From the IMG/VR virus record IMGVR_UViG_3300021387_000761, positions 1-24,320 of that record: a DNA stretch of 24,320 nucleotides; one strand, given 5' to 3'. The stretch is from a virus. A program made the position numbers and the translations under genes. Position 1 is the first letter of the stretch. Each line of letters begins with the position of its first letter. This document shows positions 15,699 through 22,763 of the stretch, piece by piece. The notes below the pieces were generated by a model. That model saw only the letters and a list, made by a program, of their open reading frames with translations. It did no database searches and was not told the DNA's origin.

Positions 15699-16186
15699 TG
15701 GTCATCCAGGTTGACAGCCGCGAGAAGCGGCACATCATCGAAAGGATCCTCAACGGCTTCGACCGGCGCGGCGTTCAGTTCTACATCAGCAAGCTCTACA
15801 AGGGCGACTACATGAACATCGACAACCCGCGCCTGGTCGTCGACCGGAAACAGAACCTGGCGGAGGTGGCCTACAACTTCACCGACGCCAGGAAGACCAC
15901 AAAAGGCTACAGCAGCCGCTTTGAGAATGAGATGGCCGAGGCCAAGAAGCTGGGCATCAAGATCGTGTTCCTGGTGGAGCACGGTGGCCCGATCCGGAGC
16001 ATAGACGACGTCCCGAAGTGGGTCAACCCGCGACTGCAGGAGAGCCCGATGGCCATCAGCGGCGAGAGGATCTACCGCAAGATGCTAGCCTTCCAGAACT
16101 ACTACGGCGTTGAGTTCCAGTTCTGCAACAAGGCGCAGACGGCGGACCGCATCATCGAGATCCTGAAGGGAGGCGCGGAAAAATGA
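15698..16186 (+). CDS. ERCC4-type (XPF/Mus81-like) structure-specific nuclease, putative junction resolvase
   Basis: 162 aa. IQVDSREK ... KGDYMNI...LVVDRKQNLAE resembles the ERCC4 signature VDxRE ... GDY ... ERKxxxD, with a D-for-E substitution. Confidence 0.55.
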   Translation: MVIQVDSREKRHIIERILNGFDRRGVQFYISKLYKGDYMNIDNPRLVVDRKQNLAEVAYNFTDARKTTKGYSSRFENEMAEAKKLGIKIVFLVEHGGPIRSIDDVPKWVNPRLQESPMAISGERIYRKMLAFQNYYGVEFQFCNKAQTADRIIEILKGGAEK

Positions 16187-16908
16187 GCGGGTATTTCAAA
16201 ATCGAGCGAGACTTCCTTAGCAGCCCGTTCTGGCTGGCGGAAGAGTTCACGAAGGCACAGGCCTGGATCGATCTGATCGGCATGGCAAACTTCGCGGACA
16301 AGACCAAGTTCTACAAGGGCGCCTTCCAGAAGGTCAAGCGCGGGCAGATCATCACGAGCCAGCAAAGTCTCGCAAACCGTTGGAAATGGAGCCGTCACCG
16401 CGTTTCGGACTTTTTACGGACATTAGAAGGTGCAGCCATGGTGACAACCGAGCGTACAACACACGGGACACTTCTAACCGTTGTAAATTACGGCTTCTAC
16501 CAGGATGGCGGGTCAACCAAAGGACGGAAAACGGTGCAACCGAAGGACACCGGCGGGACATTTGACGGACATCGGCGGGACATACAAGAAGAAAGTAAAG
16601 AAAGAATAAAAGAAGGTAATGGGGGCACCAAACCCCCAACGCGGGCGGAAGTGTCCGCTTATATCGAGGAGAAGGGCCTGCAGGTGGACCCGGATCGCTT
16701 CGTGGACTACTACGAGTCTGTGGGCTGGGAAGTCAACGGCAAGCCGATGCGCAGCTGGAAGGCTGCCTGCCGTAGATGGTCCGGCACCGAGGACTTCGAC
16801 CGGAAGCAGACGCAGCCGAAGAGCTACGACGAGCTGATGGAGGAAGCCAGGAAGCTGACACCGGAGGATCTGTATGGGCCGACATGGAACGGAGGACAAA
16901 CATCATGA
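16183..16908 (+). CDS. Replication initiator / replisome organiser (N-terminal winged-helix domain, DnaD/Phg_2220_C-like C-terminal domain)
   Basis: 241 aa. The N-terminus FKIERDFLSSPFW...AWIDLIGMANF...RGQIITSQQSLANRWKWSRHRVSDFLRTLE is wHTH-like. The C-terminus EVSAYIEEKGLQVDPDRFVDYYESVGWEVNGKPMRSWKAACRRW is typical of phage replisome organisers. Confidence 0.65.
   Translation: MSGYFKIERDFLSSPFWLAEEFTKAQAWIDLIGMANFADKTKFYKGAFQKVKRGQIITSQQSLANRWKWSRHRVSDFLRTLEGAAMVTTERTTHGTLLTVVNYGFYQDGGSTKGRKTVQPKDTGGTFDGHRRDIQEESKERIKEGNGGTKPPTRAEVSAYIEEKGLQVDPDRFVDYYESVGWEVNGKPMRSWKAACRRWSGTEDFDRKQTQPKSYDELMEEARKLTPEDLYGPTWNGGQTS
16522..16583. repeat. Iteron-like repeats with 11-bp phasing inside the replication gene
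   Basis: GGACAC at 16545, then GGACAT at 16556, 16567 and 16578, exactly 11 bp apart. CGGCGGGACAT occurs twice (16551-16561 and 16573-16583). Degenerate copies lie at 16522 and 16533. Confidence 0.5.
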
Positions 16909-17159
16909 GAAATTATATCGACCGGGCCGCCCTTTTTAACAGCCTGAGCGACGCCAAGACCGTCGAGGAGATCTTCGCGGCCATCCAGGCGGCCCCGGCT
17001 GAAGACGTCGAGCCAGTACGGCGGGGACGGTGGGTAATGCGAGACAATGACTATATCGACGACTGCAAGTGCTCCGAGTGCGGATGCGTGGAATATTTCA
17101 ACAAAGGATGGAAGCACTTCGACTACTGCCCGAATTGCGGCGCACGAATGGAGGAATAA
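16905..17159 (+). CDS. Zn-ribbon protein (84 aa), function unknown
   Basis: Start at the ATGA overlap with GGAGGA upstream. CKCSECGC ... YCPNCG. Confidence 0.55.
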   Translation: MRNYIDRAALFNSLSDAKTVEEIFAAIQAAPAEDVEPVRRGRWVMRDNDYIDDCKCSECGCVEYFNKGWKHFDYCPNCGARMEE

Positions 17160-17161
17160 GC

Positions 17162-17299
17162 ATGAGCTGGTACAGCGACGGAGAACATTTTGACGAATAC
17201 GACCCACCGTACTGCGAGCGATGCAGCGGATGGACCAGCTACGAAGAGTGCCAGGCCTGCGCACGACGGCACGAAGAAGACGAAGGGGAGGACGAATGA
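17162..17299 (+). CDS. Mini Cys-rich acidic protein (45 aa)
   Basis: SD GGAGGAA upstream. YCERCSGW...ECQACARR followed by EEDEGEDE. Confidence 0.45.
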   Translation: MSWYSDGEHFDEYDPPYCERCSGWTSYEECQACARRHEEDEGEDE

Positions 17300-17697
17300 C
17301 CAGACAAGAGGCGGAGTTCCTGTTCGGCTGGATCCGGAACAGCTACCCGAGGAACTACAAGGACGCGGATCCGCGGCAGCTGGCCACGGCCGTCGACAAT
17401 CTGGCGGACGTCTTCGGCTCGTACTCGTACCAGGAAGTGCTGGCGGAGTACAAGCGCCGGTACGCGACCCAGAAGAACGAACCGCACCCGAGCGAGATCC
17501 GCGCAGCCATTAAGGGCGAGACGAAGAAGCGGACAGCCAGAGCGACGGACGACCCGCTGACCGTGCTGCGGCGCCACCCTAAGTGGGACGACATCTGCAG
17601 GGCATACGGCGAGAAGACGGTGATCCGGCAGGCGAAGCTGTGCGTGGAGACGGCCTCGATCAACGAGCTGCAGTTCCGCCTGGAGCGGGATCAGTAA
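17296..17697 (+). CDS. Putative replicative-helicase loader/inhibitor (SPP1 G39P-like)
   Basis: Start at the ATGA overlap with GGGGAGG upstream. The N-terminal pattern MTRQEAEFLFGWIRNSYPRNY...LATAVDNLADVF...PHPSEIRAAI resembles G39P-family loaders. It sits two genes after the replisome organiser. Confidence 0.5.
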   Translation: MTRQEAEFLFGWIRNSYPRNYKDADPRQLATAVDNLADVFGSYSYQEVLAEYKRRYATQKNEPHPSEIRAAIKGETKKRTARATDDPLTVLRRHPKWDDICRAYGEKTVIRQAKLCVETASINELQFRLERDQ

Positions 17698-17814
17698 CAA
17701 GCCAGAAATGGGCGCAAGGGCGGCCACCCTGAAAGATGCACACCTATACAAAACACCGAAGGCGCCGAAGTATTAACAGCCGCCCGAGCGCGGCGCCGTA
17801 AATGGGAGGAGAAC

Positions 17815-18180
17815 ATGCTGAAGCTGATATTTATTGACGAGCGGACAACAACGCCCGCAGGAGGCCGAAAACCGGCCCATAGCGAGGAGAAAGGACAGGG
17901 CAAGGTAATCTACATCGCCGGACCTATTACAGGCACCGAGGACTACATCGAGCGCTTCTGTGAGGCGCAGCTGCATCTGGAGCGTCAGGGCTTCATCGTA
18001 CTGAACCCGGCGGACCTGCCGGAGGACATGCCCGAGGACCGGTACATGCCGATCTGCCTGGCCATGCTGGAGCAGGCGGACGCCGTCTACATGCTGCGCG
18101 GCTGGGAGGACTCCAACGGCGCAGGCATCGAATATCTGCTGGCCGAGTACCAGGGGAAGGAGATCCTGTATGAGAAGTGA
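17815..18180 (+). CDS. DUF4406 / nucleoside 2-deoxyribosyltransferase-like protein
   Basis: 121 aa. SD GGGAGGAG. VIYIAGPITG...F..A...L...GFIVLNPA...ICLAMLEQADAVYMLRGWEDSNGAGIEYLLA matches the DUF4406 pattern. It carries a ~30-aa N-terminal extension. Confidence 0.65.
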   Translation: MLKLIFIDERTTTPAGGRKPAHSEEKGQGKVIYIAGPITGTEDYIERFCEAQLHLERQGFIVLNPADLPEDMPEDRYMPICLAMLEQADAVYMLRGWEDSNGAGIEYLLAEYQGKEILYEK

Positions 18181-18460
18181 CAAAGAGAAGCGCGTCCTGG
18201 TCGTGAAGACCAGGCAGCTGCTGAGCCTGGAAAGCCGGAAGATAATCCGGCAGACGCTTCTGTGGGAACTGGAGGACGGCGTGGTCCTGCTTCCACCGTC
18301 CTTAGAGTTCTGCTGCCTTGCCTCAGCGGACGAGGTGCACGTGATGCAGGACGACCTTTATCCCTGCGACCCTGACAAGAACGACCGGTGCACAAAGAGC
18401 GGCTGCTACCGTAACGGCGGCGACTGCTATCTGACGAAGTTCGAGGAATACAGAAAATGA
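18170..18460 (+). CDS. Hypothetical Cys-rich protein (96 aa)
   Basis: SD GAAGGAG. C-terminus CDPDKNDRCTKSGCYRNGGDC. Confidence 0.5.
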   Translation: MRSDKEKRVLVVKTRQLLSLESRKIIRQTLLWELEDGVVLLPPSLEFCCLASADEVHVMQDDLYPCDPDKNDRCTKSGCYRNGGDCYLTKFEEYRK

Positions 18461-18882
18461 CCGCAAAGGAGTACCTGCAGCGCGCGTACAACCTTCGCCG
18501 GCGCATAGCAGCCAAGGAAGCACACCTGGAAGAGCTGCGCACCCAGGCGGAACACATCACGGCCGATCTGACCGGGATGCCGCGAGGATCCGGCGCGTCG
18601 TCTCCGGTTGAGAGGATCGCCGTGCAGATCGCGGATCTGTCCTGGGAGATCGAGCTGGACTGGCTGGACCTGATCCAGTACCAGGAAGAGATCCGGCGGA
18701 CCATCGAGTCCATCGAGGACCCGGTGATCGTGCAGGTGCTGTCGCTGCGCTTCCTGGCGTATAAGAACTGGAAAGAGATCGCGGACCTGACGCACTACTC
18801 GATCAGTCACGTCTTCCGGATGCAGGCCCGGGGCTTCTCAATAATCGAGAACATGCGATTGAATGAGAGTATCAGTCTGTGA
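18457..18882 (+). CDS. Sigma-70 region-4-like late transcription regulator (DUF1492 / RinA-ArpU-type)
   Basis: 141 aa. MTAKEYLQRAYNLRRRI...LEELR...MPRGSG... then VLSLRFLAYKNWKEIADLTHYSISHVFRM is the pattern of Firmicutes phage late activators. It lies just upstream of the HNH and terminase genes. Confidence 0.7.
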   Translation: MTAKEYLQRAYNLRRRIAAKEAHLEELRTQAEHITADLTGMPRGSGASSPVERIAVQIADLSWEIELDWLDLIQYQEEIRRTIESIEDPVIVQVLSLRFLAYKNWKEIADLTHYSISHVFRMQARGFSIIENMRLNESISL

Positions 18883-18941
18883 TAGCGTTAAGGTGCCAGA
18901 AATGGACAGGATAAAAATCTCCGAAGAATATCCCCGGAAGA

Positions 18942-18970
18942 GCGGACCGTGAGGTGACGGCCCGCTTTTT
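18942..18970 (+). terminator. Rho-independent terminator after the late-regulator gene
   Basis: GCGGACCGT pairs with ACGGCCCGC (8 pairs, one A-C mismatch), followed by TTTTT. Confidence 0.7.
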
Positions 18971-18984
18971 CGTGCGCTGAAACC

Positions 18985-19281
18985 ATGAAACCCTGGGCGG
19001 AAACCTTCTACAAGTCAAAAGCGTGGCAGGCGTGCCGGAACGGGTACATGAACAAGGTCGGCGGTCTTTGCGAGTCCTGCCTGGCGAACGGGATCTACAA
19101 GCCGGCGGAGATCGTGCACCACAAGGTGGAGCTCACGCCGGAAAACATCAACGACCCGGCCATCGCGCTGAACTGGTCAAACCTCAAGGCTGTCTGCCGA
19201 GAGTGCCACGCCATCGAACACGGTGCACACGTGAAGCGCTACGAAATCGACCGGAACGGCAGCGTGATGGCGAAGAGATAG
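18985..19281 (+). CDS. HNH endonuclease (packaging-associated type)
   Basis: 98 aa. YKSKAWQACR...LCESC...VHHK...NLKAVCRECHAIEH carries the HNH Cys/His motifs. Its position next to the terminase genes is typical of cos-type HK97-like phages. The SD is weak. Confidence 0.85.
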   Translation: MKPWAETFYKSKAWQACRNGYMNKVGGLCESCLANGIYKPAEIVHHKVELTPENINDPAIALNWSNLKAVCRECHAIEHGAHVKRYEIDRNGSVMAKR

Positions 19282-19445
19282 CCCCCATATCGCGTGAAAA
19301 ATGCGAGACCACGGGAGACCGGGCCAAGGGGATAGAAAAGACTGACCGGGACTTGCCCGTGTTTTTGGAAAGCCAGCCGAACCGGTTCAGAACCGGCCGG
19401 AGCTGTCCGGAGCCAGGCAGACCCACGACAAATTAGGAGGAGAGC

Positions 19446-20711
19446 ATGGCTAAAATCGGCAACGTCCGGAAAGTACGCCTGCAGGATCTGACGCCCTACG
19501 CGAAGAACGCGAGGATCCACGACGAGAAGCAGGTCGATCTGATCGCCCGGAGCATCCAGGAGTTCGGATTTTTGAACCCGGTGCTTATAGACGGCGATGG
19601 GAATGTAATAGCAGGCCATGGCAGGATCATGGCAGCAGAAAAGCTCGGGATGAAGGAAGTCCCATGTTTATCCGTCGATGGACTTACGGAAGAGCAGCGG
19701 CGTGCCTACATCCTGGCTGACAACAGGCTGACCGAGATGGGAGGCTGGGACCAGCAGATCGTGAGCGACGAGCTGCAGTTCCTGAAAGATGCCGGCTTCG
19801 GCATCGACCTGACCGGCTTCGACATCGACGACATCATCATCACGGACGATATGGGCGCCGACATATCTGACGAAGAATTCGCTGCCAGGGCGGAAAAAGA
19901 GCCGCGGATTAAGCGCGGCGAGGTATGGATCCTCGGAAGGCACCGCCTTATGTGCGGCGACAGCACGAGCCCGGACGACTGCCAAAAACTGGTTGGGGGG
20001 GGTACCGCGGACCTGCTATTAACAGACCCGCCGTACAACGTCAACTATGAAGGCTCGACCAAGGACCGCCTGCGGATCGATAATGACAGCCTCCCGGAGG
20101 AAGCCTTCATCGAATTCTTGACTGCAGCGTTTAAGAACGCGGTCAACGCGATGCGACCAGGGGCTTCTTTTTATATCTGGTATGCCAGCAAGACGACGAG
20201 CGCATTTTTGGAGGCCATGCAGCAGGCGAGCATGGAACCACGGGAGCAACTCATCTGGGTCAAAAACACGTTCTCTCTCGGCCGCCAGGATTATCAGTGG
20301 AGGCACGAGCCCTGCTTCTATGGATGGGTAGATGGCGCGGCGCATTATTTCATTGACATGCGGAGTCTCTCCACGGTTAACGACGATCTGGACACCATCA
20401 CGAGGGAAAAGGCCGTCGAGCGCATAAAGGAAATGAGCGCGGCGACGACCGCCATCTATGAAAACAAGCCGGTGGTCAATGACCTGCACCCGACCATGAA
20501 GCCCATTCTGCTGTTCAAGAAACTGATCCGGAACAGCACCAAACCGGGCGAAACAGTCCTCGATCTTTTCGGAGGATCCGGCACAACCTTACTGGCTGCG
20601 GAAGAAATGGACCGCAGCTGCATGATGATGGAATACGACCCGCGCTATGCGGACGTCATCATCCAACGCTGGGAGGAGATGACCGGCGAGACAGCGAGCC
20701 TGGAGAAGTAA
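19446..20711 (+). CDS. ParB-like nuclease domain fused to a beta-class DNA methyltransferase (probably N6-adenine)
   Basis: 421 aa. N-terminus KNARIHDEKQVDLIARSIQEFGFLNPVLID..GNVIAGHGRIMAA (ParB N-terminal type). Motif IV TDPPYN precedes motif I LDLFGGSGTT. Confidence 0.85.
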   Translation: MAKIGNVRKVRLQDLTPYAKNARIHDEKQVDLIARSIQEFGFLNPVLIDGDGNVIAGHGRIMAAEKLGMKEVPCLSVDGLTEEQRRAYILADNRLTEMGGWDQQIVSDELQFLKDAGFGIDLTGFDIDDIIITDDMGADISDEEFAARAEKEPRIKRGEVWILGRHRLMCGDSTSPDDCQKLVGGGTADLLLTDPPYNVNYEGSTKDRLRIDNDSLPEEAFIEFLTAAFKNAVNAMRPGASFYIWYASKTTSAFLEAMQQASMEPREQLIWVKNTFSLGRQDYQWRHEPCFYGWVDGAAHYFIDMRSLSTVNDDLDTITREKAVERIKEMSAATTAIYENKPVVNDLHPTMKPILLFKKLIRNSTKPGETVLDLFGGSGTTLLAAEEMDRSCMMMEYDPRYADVIIQRWEEMTGETASLEK

Positions 20712-20743
20712 CGCCCAAGGGCGAACAGTATCAGGAGGAGCAA

Positions 20744-21106
20744 ATGGCAAAAGACAAGATGAGCCTGCAGGAGCAGGCGAACGAGATCCTGCAGAAGGCC
20801 GAAGAGCGCGGCGTCCAGTCGAACTTCTTCTTCGTGACGACCTTCAAGCGCTACCAGGTGCAGATGACAACGCTGCAGGAGCTGGAGCATGCCATCAAGG
20901 AGTACGGCGCGACGGTCACCAAGGAATACGTCAAGGGCCGGCAGAACCTGGTGGTCAACCCGGCGATCACCGAGTACAACAAGACGGCGACGGCTGCGAA
21001 CGGCACCGTGGCCACCCTGATGAACATCGTCAAGAACCTGCCGTCGGAGGACGAAGGCGGCAAGGGCCTGGCGGACATCATGCAAGGGCTGATGGCCGGT
21101 GAATAA
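20744..21106 (+). CDS. terS: Terminase small subunit (P27-like family)
   Basis: 120 aa directly upstream of and overlapping TerL. SD AGGAGGAG. The QNLVVNPAITEYNKTATAANGTVATLMNIVKNL region resembles P27-family TerS. Confidence 0.7.
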   Translation: MAKDKMSLQEQANEILQKAEERGVQSNFFFVTTFKRYQVQMTTLQELEHAIKEYGATVTKEYVKGRQNLVVNPAITEYNKTATAANGTVATLMNIVKNLPSEDEGGKGLADIMQGLMAGE

Positions 21107-22757
21107 TTATATTTTTGAATACTACCAGGGCATCCAGGACGGCACCATCGCGGTGGGCAACTGGATCCGGCTCTGGTACGAATACATCATCAAGGGACTG
21201 GAGGACGGTTCCTTTTTTTACGCGCCGAAGAAGGCAAAGGCGGCGATCGTCTTCGCGGAGAACTTCTGCCGGCATCATGAAGGAGCCCTGGCACCTGGCC
21301 TTATAAAGCTGGAGCTGTGGGAGAAGGCGTTCCTGTCTGTGATCTTCGGCATCGTCGACAAGGACGGCAACCGGCAGTTCCGGGAGATCGTGCTGGTGGT
21401 CGGCCGGAAGAACGGCAAGACCCTGTTGGCGGCGATCGTCTCCGCGTTCCTGGCTTTCATGGACGGCGAGTACGGCGCGAGGATCTACATGGCAGCGCCG
21501 AAGCTGGAGCAGGCCCGGCTGTGCTTCGATGCGTTCTTCCAGATGGTCCAGAAGGAGCCGAGGCTGGCAGAACTGGCCCAGAAGCGGCGCACGGACGTCT
21601 TCATCGATAGCAGCAACACGACGATCAAGCCACTGGCCTTCTCAGCGAAGAAGTCCGACGGCCTGAACGTCCAGGGCGGGATCTGCGACGAGGTGGCGAG
21701 CTGGCAAGGCGACCAGGGCATTAAGTTTTATGAGGTCCTGAAGAGCAGCCAGGGCGCCAGGAATCAGCCGATGCTGCTGAGTCTGACCACCGCCGGCTAC
21801 GTGTCCGGCGGGATCTACGACGAACTGATCGCACGCTGCACGCGCCTGCTGATGGGTAACGGGAAAGAGACCCGGCTGGCGCCATTCCTTTACATGATCG
21901 ACAGCCCGGAGAAGTGGAACGACATCAACGAGCTGCGGAAGAGCAACCCGAACCTCGGCGTCTCCGTATCGGTCGACTACATGCTGGAAGAGATCGCGAT
22001 CGCCGAAGGATCCCTGAGCAAGAAGACGGAGTTCCTGACAAAATACTGCAACATAAAGCAGCACAGCACCCAGGCGGCCTTCGCTGCCGTAGCAGTCGAA
22101 AAAGCCAGCGGCGAGCCCATCGACCTGTCGACCTTCCAGAACTGTTACTGCGTCGGCGGCATCGACCTGTCCCGCACGACAGACCTGACGGCCTGCACGG
22201 CGGTGATCCAGAAGGCCGGCGAGCTTTACGTGATCGCGAAGTTTTTCCTGCCTTCGGCGAAGCTGGAGGAGGCGATCGCCCGGGACGGCCTGCCCTACGA
22301 CATCTACGTGCAGCGCGGCCTGCTGCATTTATCCGGCGAGAACTTCGTGGACTATCACGACTGCGAGGCCTTCTTCCGGGAGCTGGTGGAGCGGTGGAAG
22401 ATCTACCCGCTGCAGGTCGGCTACGACCGCTACTGTGCCCAGTACCTGGTGCAAGACATGGAGGCCTACGGCTTCCACATGGACGACGTGTTCCAGGGCT
22501 TCAACCTGACCCCGGTCATCAACGAGTTCGGCGGCCTGCTGAAAGACGGCCGGATCCATATCGGCGACAATGACCTGCTGAAGATCCACCTGCTGAACAC
22601 GGCGCTGAAGCACGATAGCCAGACGGAGCGCGTCCGCCTGGTCAAAATATCGACAAACGACCACATAGACGGAACAGCGGCCCTGCTGGACGCCTTCACG
22701 GTGCGGCAGAAGCACTGGAAGGAGATCGGCGGGCAGCTGGAGAACAAAGGGAGGTAA
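21099..22757 (+). CDS. terL: Terminase large subunit
   Basis: 552 aa. Walker A-like VVGRKNGKT, then ICDEV, with a C-terminal nuclease-type region. A GTG start is taken from the ORF track, so the exact start is uncertain. Confidence 0.9.
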   Translation: MNNYIFEYYQGIQDGTIAVGNWIRLWYEYIIKGLEDGSFFYAPKKAKAAIVFAENFCRHHEGALAPGLIKLELWEKAFLSVIFGIVDKDGNRQFREIVLVVGRKNGKTLLAAIVSAFLAFMDGEYGARIYMAAPKLEQARLCFDAFFQMVQKEPRLAELAQKRRTDVFIDSSNTTIKPLAFSAKKSDGLNVQGGICDEVASWQGDQGIKFYEVLKSSQGARNQPMLLSLTTAGYVSGGIYDELIARCTRLLMGNGKETRLAPFLYMIDSPEKWNDINELRKSNPNLGVSVSVDYMLEEIAIAEGSLSKKTEFLTKYCNIKQHSTQAAFAAVAVEKASGEPIDLSTFQNCYCVGGIDLSRTTDLTACTAVIQKAGELYVIAKFFLPSAKLEEAIARDGLPYDIYVQRGLLHLSGENFVDYHDCEAFFRELVERWKIYPLQVGYDRYCAQYLVQDMEAYGFHMDDVFQGFNLTPVINEFGGLLKDGRIHIGDNDLLKIHLLNTALKHDSQTERVRLVKISTNDHIDGTAALLDAFTVRQKHWKEIGGQLENKGR

Positions 22758-22763
22758 ACCCGT

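Noticed and set aside
18903-18931. Possible promoter TGGACA-17 bp-GAATAT just upstream of the terminator at 18942
   Set aside because: The -10 hexamer matches only 3 of 6 positions, and the transcript would run straight into a terminator. The signal is too weak to call.
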